Program-made: the position numbers and the translations under genes
Notes under the pieces: model-generated
Databases searched by the model: none
The model's input: the letters and a program-made list of their open reading frames with translations, nothing else
Told to the model about the DNA's origin: nothing
Shown here: piece by piece, positions 20,773 to 31,998 of the stretch
Layout: every line of letters starts with the position of its first letter
How positions within the stretch are numbered: the stretch's first letter is position 1
Assembly: GCA_963793265.1 (NCBI GenBank)
Contig: CAWBZI010000001.1
Coordinates: 960,001 to 1,024,000, forward strand
DNA length: 64,000 nt
DNA from: an uncultured cyanobacterium
GTDB lineage: Bacteria > Cyanobacteriota > Cyanobacteriia > Phormidesmidales > Phormidesmidaceae
Direction of reading: 5' to 3'

Positions 20773-21135
20773 ATGCATGAAACCGATATGACCAAAGCAC
20801 TTATCTTTACCGTCAAAGACTGGCTGGCTGAGCAGCCCGGCCAGCCGAAGGTGGAGAAAGTGCATTTGGTGGTGGGCGAATTTACCTGTGTAGAACCGGA
20901 GAGTCTTCAGTTTGCTTTTAACGCGCAGACCAAAGGGACTTTTTTAGACGGCGTAGAGCTGGTGATTAAAGACATCCCATTAATCGCGTTCTGTGAGACT
21001 TGTAATCAGGAATACCGGCCCACCGTAGGGCTGCAATATGCCTGCCCCCAGTGCCGTGAGCCCATGGGTAATATCCGATCAGGGCGCGAGCTAAAAATTG
21101 ACAAAGTTGAGTTCTCTCATGCAGTTTCTACGTAG
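20773..21135 (+). CDS. hypA: HypA-type nickel chaperone (GhaA-like)
   Basis: MHE N-terminus, CETC...CPQC, SGRELKI. Confidence 0.93.
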   Translation: MHETDMTKALIFTVKDWLAEQPGQPKVEKVHLVVGEFTCVEPESLQFAFNAQTKGTFLDGVELVIKDIPLIAFCETCNQEYRPTVGLQYACPQCREPMGNIRSGRELKIDKVEFSHAVST

Positions 21136-21175
21136 AAACGTTGCGCTGTAATGTTATTGTTTTTTAAGGATCTGT

Positions 21176-21886
21176 ATGCACCAAACGTTTGACGCTGTGC
21201 TGGAAATGAATCTGCTACAGGCCAATCAGGACGGGGCTGATGCGAATCGCAAGCAGTTCGATAGCTGGGGGATTACCTGTCTGAACCTGATGAGTTCTCC
21301 GGGTTCTGGCAAAACTCAGCTATTAGAGAAAACGTTGCGATCGCTACAATCTGCGTTCCGAATGGCTGTTATTGAAGGAGATATGACCACGCAGCTTGAC
21401 GCCAACCGACTCCGCGAATGTGGGGTGCCTGTTGTTGCCATTAATACCGGCAGAGCGTGTCACCTCGACTCTAAGATGGTGGCTGGCGGACTGCACCAGT
21501 TTGAACACGAGGAAGATCCTGACTCGTTTGATCTGGTATTTGTAGAGAACGTGGGGAACTTGGTATGCCCGGCTGAATTTGAAGTGGGAGAACATGCCAA
21601 AGTCGCACTGTTGAGCATCACTGAAGGAGAAGACAAACCCCTCAAATATCCCATCATGTTTCGAGAAGCAGACTGCTTATTAATCACGAAGATGGACCTA
21701 GCGCCTCATCTAGACGTGAATATCGAAACTATCGTCGCTAACGTACGTCAGCTTAATTGCAACGTGAAAATCATCCCGGTATCCTCAAAGACCGACGAAG
21801 GGCTAGAGGATTGGTATAACTGGGTGCGTCAGCAGATCGCTGTGCGCACTGTGACTGCTAAAAAAACAGCTAAAGCAACTCGTTAG
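21176..21886 (+). CDS. hypB: HypB-type nickel insertion GTPase (GhaB-like)
   Basis: [35 protein letters not shown]. Confidence 0.95.
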   Translation: MHQTFDAVLEMNLLQANQDGADANRKQFDSWGITCLNLMSSPGSGKTQLLEKTLRSLQSAFRMAVIEGDMTTQLDANRLRECGVPVVAINTGRACHLDSKMVAGGLHQFEHEEDPDSFDLVFVENVGNLVCPAEFEVGEHAKVALLSITEGEDKPLKYPIMFREADCLLITKMDLAPHLDVNIETIVANVRQLNCNVKIIPVSSKTDEGLEDWYNWVRQQIAVRTVTAKKTAKATR

Positions 21887-22339
21887 AAAGCTGACACATA
21901 AAAACACGGTTTTTTATAGGCTTTAGCGTGTAATCGGGGGTTTACCTGAAAGTTCGGATTGTCTAAGGCGTGGCATCTACCGCTTTTGTAGCGAGGTTAA
22001 GCGTGCTTTCTTTCCCTCTACAAAAAACGTCAAATCATAGGCGCTATCAGTACACTACTCATTGATCTAGATTACATATGCTGTTTCTAATCAGACCCTT
22101 TATTCGTCGTCGGAAAGTATCTTACACCTGGCGCTATCGTGTAGAGCAACTGAGTTCTTACTCTATCTATGAGTGCTTTATGGACTAAGTAGAGACTCAG
22201 TAGTCGAATTTCGGTATCGAAGGGCGTAAGATCTTGCGCCCCTGCGTCCCCTGCGGCGTTTTGCAAGATAGTGAGTCTTATGCTTAACTATTGCTCAATC
22301 AATTGCGCTCAGTTACCTATCACCTCCTAAATCCTAAAT

Positions 22340-23380
22340 ATGAAAAGACGACAGTTACTTTCGCTTTGTCTAGCCTTTTTCTGTGCAATGTTTGTCACGG
22401 TAAGCTGCGGCTCTAGCGGGGATTCGGGCGGTGATGGGGCAACGACCAGCAGCGATACAGGGGGCGAGGTGATTGTGATTGGCTATAGCGCCTGGCCGGG
22501 ATGGTGGCCCTGGGCGATCGCTGAACAAGAAGGCTTGTTTGAAGCCAACGGTGTCAACGTAGAAATGAGATGGTTTGACGGCTACATAGAATCGATGGAA
22601 GCTCTCGCTGCTGGGCAAATCGATGGCAACTGTCAAACGCTTAACGATACGATTTCGTTTGCAGCCGATGCGGTGAATGGCGAAGTGGCCGTACTGGTGA
22701 ACGACAACTCGGCAGGCAATGACAAGATAATTGTGACTGAAGAAATTAATTCGGTGGCCGATCTTCAAGGGAAGAAAGTTGCGATAGAAGAAGGCGTGGT
22801 GGACGACTTTTTGCTGACGCTGGCGCTAGAAGAGGAAGGGCTTTCTCGTAGCGATGTAGAAATTGTGCCCCTAGAAACGGGCGAAGCTGCCGCCGCATTT
22901 GCAGCCGGTCAAGCCGATGCAGTTGGGGCCTTTCCGCCCTTCTGGTCTATTGCGCTAGAGCGAGAGGGCAGTAAAGAGCTGATTACCTCTAACGACTTTC
23001 CTGGTGCGATTCCTGACCTGCTGGTGATGAGCCAAAAGATTGTTGATGAGCGTCCAGACGACGTGCAGGCGATTGTGAACACTTGGTTCGATATATTGGA
23101 CTTTATGGAAGAGAACCCCGAGCGCGCTGACGAAATTATTGCAGAGCGCGCAGGTGTCTCGGCTGAAGAACTTCAGGAGCTAAAGTCTGGAACGCGCATG
23201 TTTACCATTGAAGATAACCTTGAAGCCTTCAGTGACGGCGAAGAGATTAAGCATATGCCTGCGGCGGCAAAAGAGATGGCTGAGTTTATGGTAAATGTTG
23301 GCTTCATTGAAGAAGTCCCTGATCTGAATGCCATTTTTGATGACCGTTTTGTTAGGGCTTATGCAGAAGCTCAGGAATAG
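22340..23380 (+). CDS. ABC transporter substrate-binding lipoprotein (SsuA/NMT1-like; probable guanidine-binding)
   Basis: Lipobox VTVSC, IGYSAWPGWWPW, NDNSAGNDKI; in the gdmH cluster. Confidence 0.88.
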   Translation: MKRRQLLSLCLAFFCAMFVTVSCGSSGDSGGDGATTSSDTGGEVIVIGYSAWPGWWPWAIAEQEGLFEANGVNVEMRWFDGYIESMEALAAGQIDGNCQTLNDTISFAADAVNGEVAVLVNDNSAGNDKIIVTEEINSVADLQGKKVAIEEGVVDDFLLTLALEEEGLSRSDVEIVPLETGEAAAAFAAGQADAVGAFPPFWSIALEREGSKELITSNDFPGAIPDLLVMSQKIVDERPDDVQAIVNTWFDILDFMEENPERADEIIAERAGVSAEELQELKSGTRMFTIEDNLEAFSDGEEIKHMPAAAKEMAEFMVNVGFIEEVPDLNAIFDDRFVRAYAEAQE

Positions 23381-23426
23381 TTACGTTATTGTCGGCTACA
23401 TAGTTTTGATTTGAAGATAGCTTTCT

Positions 23427-24290
23427 ATGCGAACTGATGTAGTCACGTCGAGCGCTGAATGGACGGGGGAATTAGAGGGGCGATCGCACCGGCAAAGCCT
23501 AAAGCCCATCGTATTTTGGCGGTTAGGGGAGCCCATTCCAGCCCGTTTAGACTGGACGCTGCGAGTGCTTTCTGTGGTCGTGCCGCTGGCGTTGTGGTGG
23601 GGCATCACAAGCACCGGGCTCGTTAATCCAAAGTATTTACCCTCTCCTGGCACCGTGTTAGCGGCTTTTATGAAGCTTGTTCGCGGCGGAGAGTTTGCAG
23701 AAGACCTTCAGTTCAGCCTTTTTAGAGTCGGCATCGGGTTCTTAGGTGCAGCAATTATTTCTGTTCCTTTGGGCATTGGCATGGGCGCTTTTGCCTCAGT
23801 AAGAGCAATATTTGAGCCCATCATTGGCATCGTTCGCTACATGCCTGCTCCGGCGTTTGCCCCGCTGCTGATTCTTTACTTAGGCATTGATGAAGCGCCT
23901 AAGATCACTCTGATTTTCATCGGCGTTATCTTTTTTAATACGCTGATGATTATGGACGCTGTGAAGTTTGTGCCTAAGCATTTACTAGAGGCGACATATA
24001 CGCTTGGTGGCTCGCGCAAGCAAGCACTTTTGCAGGTGATTACGCCTTACGTAACGCCTAAAATTATTGACGCTTTTCGGGTAAATATGGCAGCAGCATG
24101 GAACTTAGTGGTTGTCGCTGAGCTGATTGCGGCCAATGAAGGGCTTGGCAAGCGCATTGCCTTAGCCAGGCGTTTTTTCGATACAGAGACTATTTTTGCC
24201 TATTTGATTGTGCTAGGAATCATCGGCTTTTTACTCGATCTCTCTTTGCGCTGGCTGATGCGAGTGAGCTGTAAGTGGGCGGTAGATTAA
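23427..24290 (+). CDS. ABC transporter permease (SsuC/TauC type)
   Basis: LPSPGTV, RYMPAPAF, LLEATYTLGG, WNLVVVAELIAANEGLG. Confidence 0.92.
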   Translation: MRTDVVTSSAEWTGELEGRSHRQSLKPIVFWRLGEPIPARLDWTLRVLSVVVPLALWWGITSTGLVNPKYLPSPGTVLAAFMKLVRGGEFAEDLQFSLFRVGIGFLGAAIISVPLGIGMGAFASVRAIFEPIIGIVRYMPAPAFAPLLILYLGIDEAPKITLIFIGVIFFNTLMIMDAVKFVPKHLLEATYTLGGSRKQALLQVITPYVTPKIIDAFRVNMAAAWNLVVVAELIAANEGLGKRIALARRFFDTETIFAYLIVLGIIGFLLDLSLRWLMRVSCKWAVD

Positions 24291-25063
24291 TGCATTTAGA
24301 AGTCTCGAAGCTGCACAAGCAGTTTTCTACAAAAGAAGGGCCGGTCGTTGCGCTCAAAGATCTAAACTTGCATGTCGAGCAGGGAGAGTTTGTGTGCGTG
24401 GTGGGCGCTTCTGGCTCAGGCAAATCTACGCTGCTGCGACTGATAGCAGGACTCGAACAGCCGACAGCAGGAGACATTAGGGTAGATGCTCGATCCGTGA
24501 TGGGGCCGGGCGCTGATCGGGGAATGGTGTTTCAGAACTACACGCTGTATCCGTGGATGAGCGTGCAGCGGAATGTGGAGTTTGGGCTGAAGTTACAGGG
24601 GGTGGATAAGTCCAAGCGGCGAGAGCGGGCGTCTTATTACTTGGAGATGGTGGGCTTAAGTGAGTTTTCGCAGGTGTTGCCGAAGCAGCTTTCGGGGGGG
24701 ATGAAGCAAAGGGTTGCGATCGCCCGCGCGCTCACCAGCCAGCCTAAAATATTGCTAATGGACGAACCTTTCGGGGCGCTAGACGTGCAAACCAAAGAGA
24801 CAATGCAACAGTTTTTGCTAGAGCTATGGAATCGCACGGGCACGAGCATCTTGATGATTACGCACGATGTTCGCGAGGCTGTTTTTCTCTCACAGAGAAT
24901 CTATGTGATGACGGCGCGGCCTGGCACTGTTCAAGCTGAGCTTGAGATAGATTTGGGGGATGTGCGATCGCCTATCACCCGAGAAGATCCCCGCTTCAAA
25001 ACGTATCAAGATAGCGTAATGGGTTTTCTTCAAACAAAAGAACAGATTACGTCGTTACCATGA
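24290..25063 (+). CDS. ABC transporter ATP-binding protein (SsuB/TauB type)
   Basis: GASGSGKST, LSGGMKQRV, LLMDEPFGALD; ATG overlaps the permease stop. Confidence 0.95.
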   Translation: MHLEVSKLHKQFSTKEGPVVALKDLNLHVEQGEFVCVVGASGSGKSTLLRLIAGLEQPTAGDIRVDARSVMGPGADRGMVFQNYTLYPWMSVQRNVEFGLKLQGVDKSKRRERASYYLEMVGLSEFSQVLPKQLSGGMKQRVAIARALTSQPKILLMDEPFGALDVQTKETMQQFLLELWNRTGTSILMITHDVREAVFLSQRIYVMTARPGTVQAELEIDLGDVRSPITREDPRFKTYQDSVMGFLQTKEQITSLP

Positions 25064-25754
25064 CATCATCAGCGGCTTGCTGCTTGCGAGCATGGATGCG
25101 CCGAGCAATTTTCAAACAAGTATGTGCGGCAACAATTAAAAAGCCTTCTGAAATAAGCTTAAATCCTTCCTCTAAAACAAAGATCCAGCCCTGAATCTGT
25201 TCAGTCGCTTCTGCTGAAAATACTGTCAAGAGAATGTCGTCTCTGTTGGTAATCACGTCTATACCAACCATTGCGAACAAACAGATAAAGCCCGCGATCA
25301 CGTAGGGCGTAACGGCCCCGTATTTCTTTAGCTCATGGCGGCAGCGGATGAATATGCCAATTGCGATGAGTCCGTAGAGGCCAACGATTAGGTCGTCAAT
25401 GCGATCGCTCGCAGCCGTTTCTTGTGCCAGCCAAATCTTATGAATGGTCTTATCCAGAAACTCATGGATCATCAGCAAATCATCTAGGGCCAAAAAAGAA
25501 AAGCCCAGGCTGAAAATGCCCCAAACGGCGGCGGGCGATCGCCAGGGACGCCTAAAGCTTTGCCCTCGCAGCTTAAACATCTGATGCATGAAGTAGGACA
25601 GGATGAATAGCTGAATGACTGAGAAATAGGTGATGAATCCGCCATCTTCAAACTGCCGGTAGACCTTTTCAAAGGGGGCGCTGATGATGACGGTGGCGGC
25701 GATCGCTAACAAATTAAGCGAGAGCACCTTATAGAGTGTGTACTTGGCTGGCAT
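25047..25754 (-). CDS. Hypothetical integral membrane protein
   Basis: Several hydrophobic helices; FLALDD..MIHE and VLEEGFK motifs. Confidence 0.7.
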   Translation of the reverse strand: MPAKYTLYKVLSLNLLAIAATVIISAPFEKVYRQFEDGGFITYFSVIQLFILSYFMHQMFKLRGQSFRRPWRSPAAVWGIFSLGFSFLALDDLLMIHEFLDKTIHKIWLAQETAASDRIDDLIVGLYGLIAIGIFIRCRHELKKYGAVTPYVIAGFICLFAMVGIDVITNRDDILLTVFSAEATEQIQGWIFVLEEGFKLISEGFLIVAAHTCLKIARRIHARKQQAADDVMVTT

Positions 25755-25889
25755 TGGTAGCAAATGTATTTTGCAATACGTCTACCATAGCCGATTGTAT
25801 TCATTGGGAGTGCGCTATATCACATTCAGCTTCCTATCAAGGCGGCTTGTTGGTTATGGTGAAAGGAATATCTATGATTTTGCTGCTAT

Positions 25890-28800
25890 ATGAAGCGCTA
25901 TGGCCTGATTGTGGGGATTGACAAGTATAAGCCTGTCTCTCGTCTGCCGTATTACGGAAGTCCAACAAGCTTGAATAGGGCTAAAAGTGACGCTCAGGCG
26001 GTGTATGAGCTGCTGCGGGAGCATGGCGATTTTAACGATCTTTTGACTCTGTACGATAGTCAGGCGACTGAGGCTGAGCTGAAGAAGGCGCTAAAGCATG
26101 TGCTATTGGAGCAGGGCAAGCAGGCGGAGGTGCTGATTTATTTTGCGGGGCATGGGTTTACGGCGCAGCCGAGTGAGTTTGAGCGGCAGGGGTATTTGGC
26201 GACTTACGATTGCCAGGTTCGGGTGCAGGATGATGTGCCGGTAAATGTTGAGCAAGGGCTGTCGTTTGAGTTTTTGAACGGGGTGATTGGGAAGGCGCAG
26301 CGGGAAGGGCTGGCAGGGCTGGCTGTGTTTTTGGATTGCTGTGAGAGTGAGCTGATTATTGAGGATGCGCTGATAGGTCACAAGCTGAGCCGACTGACGC
26401 AGAAGGGCTGTTTTTTGAGTACGGCCTGTCGGAGCTTTGAGGTGGCGCGGGAGGATGCGCGGTATGGGCTGTATACCGGGGCTTTGGTGGCGGCGCTGAC
26501 GGATGAGGCGGATGTGAGTGCGGGCAATGAGATTACGGTTTCGGAGGCGCATAATCGGGTGGAAAGGGCGCTGAAGGAGTCGGGGCAGGAGCCGATTGCG
26601 TTTGGCTATGGCAGCAGTATGGTGATGGTGCGCTATCGGGGTGCGGGTGTTGCGCAGGCGGTGAGTGAGGTGTGCCCGTATCAGGGGTTGAATGAGTTTA
26701 CGCCGGAGACGGCGCAGTTCTTTTTTGGGCGGGATGATGAAGTTGCTGAGCTGTGTCAAAAGCTGAGGACGACTAATTTTGTGCCAGTGTTGGGGCCTTC
26801 GGGGAGTGGAAAGTCTTCGGTGGTGCGGGCGGGGCTGGTGAAGAGGCTGCAGACTGAGGGCTGGCAAACGGTGACGATGAAGCCGGATAAGCAGCCGATG
26901 GTGGAGTTGGAGCGGGTGCTACGGCAGTTTTTTGAGACGATGGGGTTTTCTACCGGGCGGGTGCGTGAGGTGATGGAGGGTTTGGGCTTTTGTGAGCTAG
27001 GTGAGGGCGATTTGAGTGGCGATGACCATAAAGCCTTCCCGAAAGAACTAGACCATCTGAAGCAATCCGACCTTAAGCTATTGCTCATCGTCGATCAGTT
27101 TGAGGAGGTGTTTACGCTATGTGAGGACAAAGCAGCGCAGCGGGCGTTTATTCGCAAGCTATTTCATCTGGGCGAGGTGGGAGCATCGCGGATAAAAGTG
27201 GTGATGACGATGCGGTCGGATTTTGTGGATGACTGGCTGGCGGCGGGACTGTCGCGGTCGGTGATTGGGGAGGATACGGTGTGGCTGGGGGCGTTGCAGG
27301 GAGAGAATTTGGCGGCGGTGATGGAGCAGCCTGCACGGAAGCAGGGCTATGCGTTTGAGGCGGGGCTGCTGAAGCTGTTGCTGACGGATGTGGACAAAGA
27401 AGAGAATTGTTTGCCGCTGTTGGAGTTTGCGCTGACGGCGCTGTGGGATAAGCGAGAGACGCAGACTAGAAAACTGACGGTGACGCTTATGAAGAGATGG
27501 AAGGGCTGACAGGGGCGCTGAATCGGCAGGCGATCACGGTGTATGAAGGCTTGCAGGACGTGGATAAGCCGTGGGCGAAGCGGATTTGTTTACAGCTTGT
27601 GCGGGTGGGGCGAGGGGATAAAGATACTCGGCAGCGGCAACCAAAAGCAATGTTGTTGAGTATGGGCGGTGTAGCTCAGCGACAGGTGATTGCTGATGTG
27701 ATTGCTGATTTGGTGAAGGGGCGATTGTTGGTGAGTGATGGAGGTGGTGTTGCAGAAACCGCTTATGTGGATGTTGCGCATGAAGCTCTGCTGAGCGGAT
27801 GGGAGCAGTTTGCCGCATGGCGGCTGGAGGATAGAGATCTGCTGCGGCTAGAGCAGCGGCTAAAGGATGCTTATGAAGATTGGCAAGCTAAGGAAGATAG
27901 TCAAGAAAGAGATAAGTATTTACTGACAGGTGGGCTGCTGGCGGAGGTAACAGAACAGCACGTGGCACTAGGCGAACGGCTGAGAGGTAATCGTCCCGCA
28001 TTGATGAAGTACCTCAATGACAGTAGCCGGAAAGCTGAAAAAGATGTAGAAGTATTAAAAAAAGCGCTTGCCAAGGCCAGCCTACAAGAGGAATCTCGTA
28101 AAGTCTTAGACAAATTCGAATCAACTTCAAGCCTCTCAGTAGAGGCTACTCTGTCAGTGATAGAAATTGCAGGGAGAAGTAAGCATACTTTGAATGAGTT
28201 GATTCCGCCTGTTCAGAATGCCTTGCACACAGCGCTATCAAGAAATCGAGAGCGATTGAGAATAGAGAATCAGATGAGTCTAGTTGATTCACTTGCTTTC
28301 AATCCCTCATGCGATATCTTTGCTGCCGGGAATGAGGATGGAACTCTTCGCTTGTGGGATATGCACGGAAACCCAGCCAGCCAGCCTTCTCCAAGTAGAC
28401 ATTGCGGTAGCATTTGGTCGTTAGCATTTAGTCCCAAGGGAGATCGAATCGTCTCTGGTGGAAGCGATGGCATGTTATATCTCTGGGACTCACAAGGTTC
28501 TCCGATTATATGTTCATTTGAGGGGCACACTAGCGAGTTCATGGATGTTGCTTTCAACCATAGAGGAAATCTCATCGTATCAGGCGATAGAGAGGGTATT
28601 CTACGCCTTTGGAATAGAGATGGAAAGATGATCGGGGACCCTTTCTTTGTAGAGAATTCAGGATCAGTTCTATCCTTATCTTTTAATAAAAAAGGAGATC
28701 ACATAGTCTCATGTCACGATAGCGGAGAAGTATTTTTGTGGAACTTAGCTGGCGAAATTGTTGGTAAACCTTCTTTTTTTGAGGCAACAGGATTCTCTGT

Positions 28801-30307
28801 TGTGGCAATTAGCGCCAGTCAGAATGCGTTTGTATGCGGGGATGAAGACGGCGCATTGAAATTGCAGAATATAGATGGCAATCCAATGACTGACTATTTT
28901 TGGTGCCAATCGCCTGTAGTCTCTATTGTAGGCTTTAGCCCGGACGGAGAGCGAATAGTTTCAGGTAGCAGCAATGGCCTTTTGCAAATATGGGATCTAA
29001 AGGGCAATTCTATTGGCAGACCTCTTGCAGGGCATACTGACGAGATTTTGTCACTGTCTTTCAATGCATCAGGGGATAAGATTATATCTAGTAGCAAAGA
29101 TGGCACTACGCGACTCTGGGATTTGACGGGTACTTTGATGAACAAGCCTTTCGCTGTCCATCATAATTATGGCGTCATACTTTCTGCTGACTTTAGTCCC
29201 GATGGCAAGCGGATTGTTGCTAGTGGGGGCTCTGGTATGATCTCTACTCCCGGCGTTTGCGTTTGAGATTTACAAGGCGTTCCTATTGGCTCAGCTTTCG
29301 CAGAGAATGCTGGATTTTCGGCTATCAGTCCAAAGAATAATCATATTGTTTGTTCTAAAGGTAGTAGCCTACAAGTCTGGGATTTAGAAGGTAATTGTAT
29401 GAGTCCATCCTTCGATGGACACAAGCACACCGTTTCGTCTGTAGCGTTCAGTCCGAACGGAGAGCAGATTGTCTCTGGTAGCTATGATGGCACCGTTCGA
29501 CTCTGGGAATTAGATGGAAGTCCTATTGGCAAGCCGTTTATAGGACATACACGAGCTATCTGGTCTGTAGCCTTCAGCCCAAAGGGGGACTGTATTGCGT
29601 CTGCTAGTGCTGATAGAACTCTGCGCTTATGGGATTTGGATGGGAATCTACTTGCTAAGCCTTTTGTTGGGCATACAGACGTCATTTCTACAGTGGTATT
29701 CAGTCCAGCAGGAGAAATTGCCTCTGGCAGCTTTGATCAAACAATACGGTTGTGGTCAGTAGATGGCCAGCCTATTTTAGAGCCTATGATTGGCCATGTT
29801 GGCGAAGTCAACTCACTAGCATTCAATCCAAGTGGGACACTGATTGCTTCAGGTGGTAGCGACAACACTGTAAGATTATGGGACGTAAAAGGAAATTCTG
29901 TTGGCGAACCTTTCTTAGGTCATACCGCTTCTGTCAATGCAGTAGCCTTTAGCCCTAAGGGTGACTTGATAGTCTCAGGTGATTCAAATCAGTCTATCAG
30001 GGTTTGGCCTGCCGGAAGTGGTAACGATTGGATTCTCCATTGCTGCAATACCCTTATGCACCATTCTACCTTCACTTCTCCCTCAGATGGATCAGCAGGC
30101 GTCACCGCTCATAATGCCTGTAGTGTATGCGAACAACTGTGGACAAAGCAGCTATTTTCTGAGTTTCTAGTAGCGCAGGGTAGCGCGTTAGCACGGCGAG
30201 GGGAGATAGATACAGCGATTGAAAAATTCAACCATGCAAAAGAACTGAACGCTGAGCTGACGTTAGATGCAGTGGCTCGGGCGAATGAGCTAGCAGAGTG
30301 GGGGTGA
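25890..30307 (+). pseudogene. Caspase (C14) - STAND ATPase - WD40 repeat protein, interrupted by a frameshift (~27483) and an in-frame TGA (29264-29266)
   Basis: YFAGHG / LDCC dyad; CPYQGL, FFGR, GPSGSGKSS, IVDQFEE, LPLLEFAL, AHEALL; many GH...VAFSP.G...SGS.D..VRLWD repeats. The three ORFs join into one frame with one added base and W for the stop. Confidence 0.85.
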
Positions 30308-30332
30308 GTAGTTCATCGCTTGATCTGGACAT

Positions 30333-30353
30333 TAATAACGGCAAGCGTTATTA
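30333..30353. promoter_or_regulatory. Palindromic operator upstream of higBA-1
   Basis: TAATAACG-GCAAG-CGTTATTA, a perfect 8-bp inverted repeat ending 7 bp before the higB ATG. Confidence 0.7.
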
Positions 30354-30360
30354 TTCATAG

Positions 30361-30642
30361 ATGATTGTTTCTTTCAAATGTAAGGAAACTGAAAAACTGT
30401 TTCGCGGTAGGTTCTCCCGTAAGCTGCCACAGAACATTCAGCGAATAGCAGCCCGTAAGTTGGAACAGCTTCATGCTGCCACCATTTTAGATACGCTGCG
30501 AGTACCCCCCGGCAATCGGCTCGAATCACTCAGCGGTGATAGAAAAGGGCAGCATAGTATTCGGATAAATGACCAGTGGAGACTTTGCTTCATTTGGCAC
30601 AACGGCAACGCAACTGATGTAGAAATAGTTGACTATCACTGA
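30361..30642 (+). CDS. higB: HigB (RelE family) toxin, copy 1
   Basis: MIVSFKCKETEKLF...LRVPPGNRLE.L.GDRKGQHSIRINDQWR...EIVDYH. Confidence 0.95.
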   Translation: MIVSFKCKETEKLFRGRFSRKLPQNIQRIAARKLEQLHAATILDTLRVPPGNRLESLSGDRKGQHSIRINDQWRLCFIWHNGNATDVEIVDYH

Positions 30643-30652
30643 GGTAACTTCG

Positions 30653-30979
30653 ATGAGCGATTCTCGAAACGAGAGGCTGAGCCAACGCGACTTTCCACCT
30701 ATACATCCCGGCGAGATACTGCTAGAAGACTTTCTTAAACCAATGGATCTCAGTCAGTATGCTTTATCTAAAGCTATTGGTGTTCCCCCTCGTCGGATCA
30801 ACGAAATTGCGCTTGGCAAAAGAGGCATCACTGCCGATACTGCTTTGCGGTTGGGTCATTTCTTCGGCATGGAAGCGCAGTTTTGGATGAACCTTCAAAC
30901 TCGGTACGATTTAGAAACAACGCGCGAACTCTTATCCGATCGATTGATCCAAGAAGTTCGCACTCGCTCAGCACTCTAA
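30653..30979 (+). CDS. higA: HigA antitoxin, copy 1
   Basis: PIHPGEILLEDFL, RRINEI..GKRGITADTALRL, FWMNLQ. Confidence 0.95.
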   Translation: MSDSRNERLSQRDFPPIHPGEILLEDFLKPMDLSQYALSKAIGVPPRRINEIALGKRGITADTALRLGHFFGMEAQFWMNLQTRYDLETTRELLSDRLIQEVRTRSAL

Positions 30980-31055
30980 ACGGATAGCAGAACGATAAGC
31001 CTCGCTGTATTATTAGCTCAGTGGATCTTCAGTTGCTTCCAAGCGCTTTCTCCAA

Positions 31056-31619
31056 ATGGTACAAACTCCAACCAAACCGCTTACCCTATCAGCGTTTCTA
31101 GAACTTCCAGAAACTAAACCTGCGAGCGAGTTTATAGATGGCAAAATTACACAGAAGCCAATGCCAAAAGGGAAGCACAGCAGGCTACAAACTAAGCTAT
31201 CTAGCGTCATCAACGACTTTCTAGAGCCTCAAAAAACGGGCCTAGCCTTTACAGAGCTACGGTGTAGTTTCGACGGCTCAGCTATCGTTCCAGATATTGT
31301 CGTCTTGCACAGCAGCCGAATTCCTCGCGACGAGGACGGCGACATCGCAGACATTGTAGAAGTAGCGCCCGATCTAACTGTAGAGATTTTGTCTCCTCAG
31401 CAAAGCCAGACCAAAGTCATTAAAAAGATTTATCGCTGTCTTGCGCACGGTAGTGAGCTGGGCTGGCTGATTGATCCAAAAGAGAGAACAGTTTTGGTGT
31501 TTCGGGCAGAGCGGGCGATCGCAATCCTAGACAAACCATCAGATAGCCTACCAGTGCCTAGCGTTCTAACCGGCTTCAAGCTAACGATAGATACTCTCTT
31601 TGGCTGGTTGCAGGTGTGA
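31056..31619 (+). CDS. Uma2 family (DUF820) endonuclease-like protein
   Basis: LPETKPASEFIDG, IVPDIVV, PDLTVEILSP, GWLIDP. Confidence 0.92.
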   Translation: MVQTPTKPLTLSAFLELPETKPASEFIDGKITQKPMPKGKHSRLQTKLSSVINDFLEPQKTGLAFTELRCSFDGSAIVPDIVVLHSSRIPRDEDGDIADIVEVAPDLTVEILSPQQSQTKVIKKIYRCLAHGSELGWLIDPKERTVLVFRAERAIAILDKPSDSLPVPSVLTGFKLTIDTLFGWLQV

Positions 31620-31671
31620 TTTGTCAGGTTGACTGCACGAGTATATCAATCAACCTGACAGCATTTCCCCC

Positions 31672-31998
31672 TTACAAAACGTTCAGTCGCTTCGTCAGCA
31701 CAACCATCACCTCATTATCGCGGTCAGTCGCAATAGGCCGACTCCAATCGTTAGGCTCCGCATAGCCAAGCTGGTGAAACTTTTTGATGGCGGCGCGTAC
31801 GGCGGGTAGAGTGCCGAAGACTAGGTGGCGAAGGTCTTCAGGCTGCGGCGATCGCCCACCACTCCCACCGGAACCCGAAGGCGGTACGGCAGCAAAATCA
31901 TCAGACGCCGCAGCGCCCGCATTAGCAGTCATAAACATGAGATCTGGTTTCCAAAGAGGGTGTACTGGAGAAAACCAGAACCCAAAATCCTTAGCCAC
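31672..31998 (-). CDS. Small cyanobacterial hypothetical protein (start uncertain)
   Basis: LRHLVFG...HQLGYAEPNDWSRP motif, which I recall from multicopy cyanobacterial small proteins. Confidence 0.65.
   Translation of the reverse strand: MAKDFGFWFSPVHPLWKPDLMFMTANAGAAASDDFAAVPPSGSGGSGGRSPQPEDLRHLVFGTLPAVRAAIKKFHQLGYAEPNDWSRPIATDRDNEVMVVLTKRLNVL

Noticed and set aside
20773..21886. hypA/hypB as evidence of a hydrogenase cluster
   Set aside because: No hydrogenase or other hyp genes nearby; context indicates nickel delivery to guanidine hydrolase.
26103..26867. Long antisense ORFs here and within acnB (e.g. 37745-38440)
   Set aside because: Shadow ORFs caused by strongly skewed codon usage of the real genes.
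10526..29266. TGA-as-Trp recoding suggested by two TGA codons at Trp positions
   Set aside because: TGA is the normal stop of many intact genes here (minC, dprA, both higB), and both cases are in otherwise damaged genes.
25707..31514. HIP1-free stretch as evidence of horizontal transfer
   Set aside because: A similar ~5-kb gap covers native genes at about 2090-7040, so it is not diagnostic.
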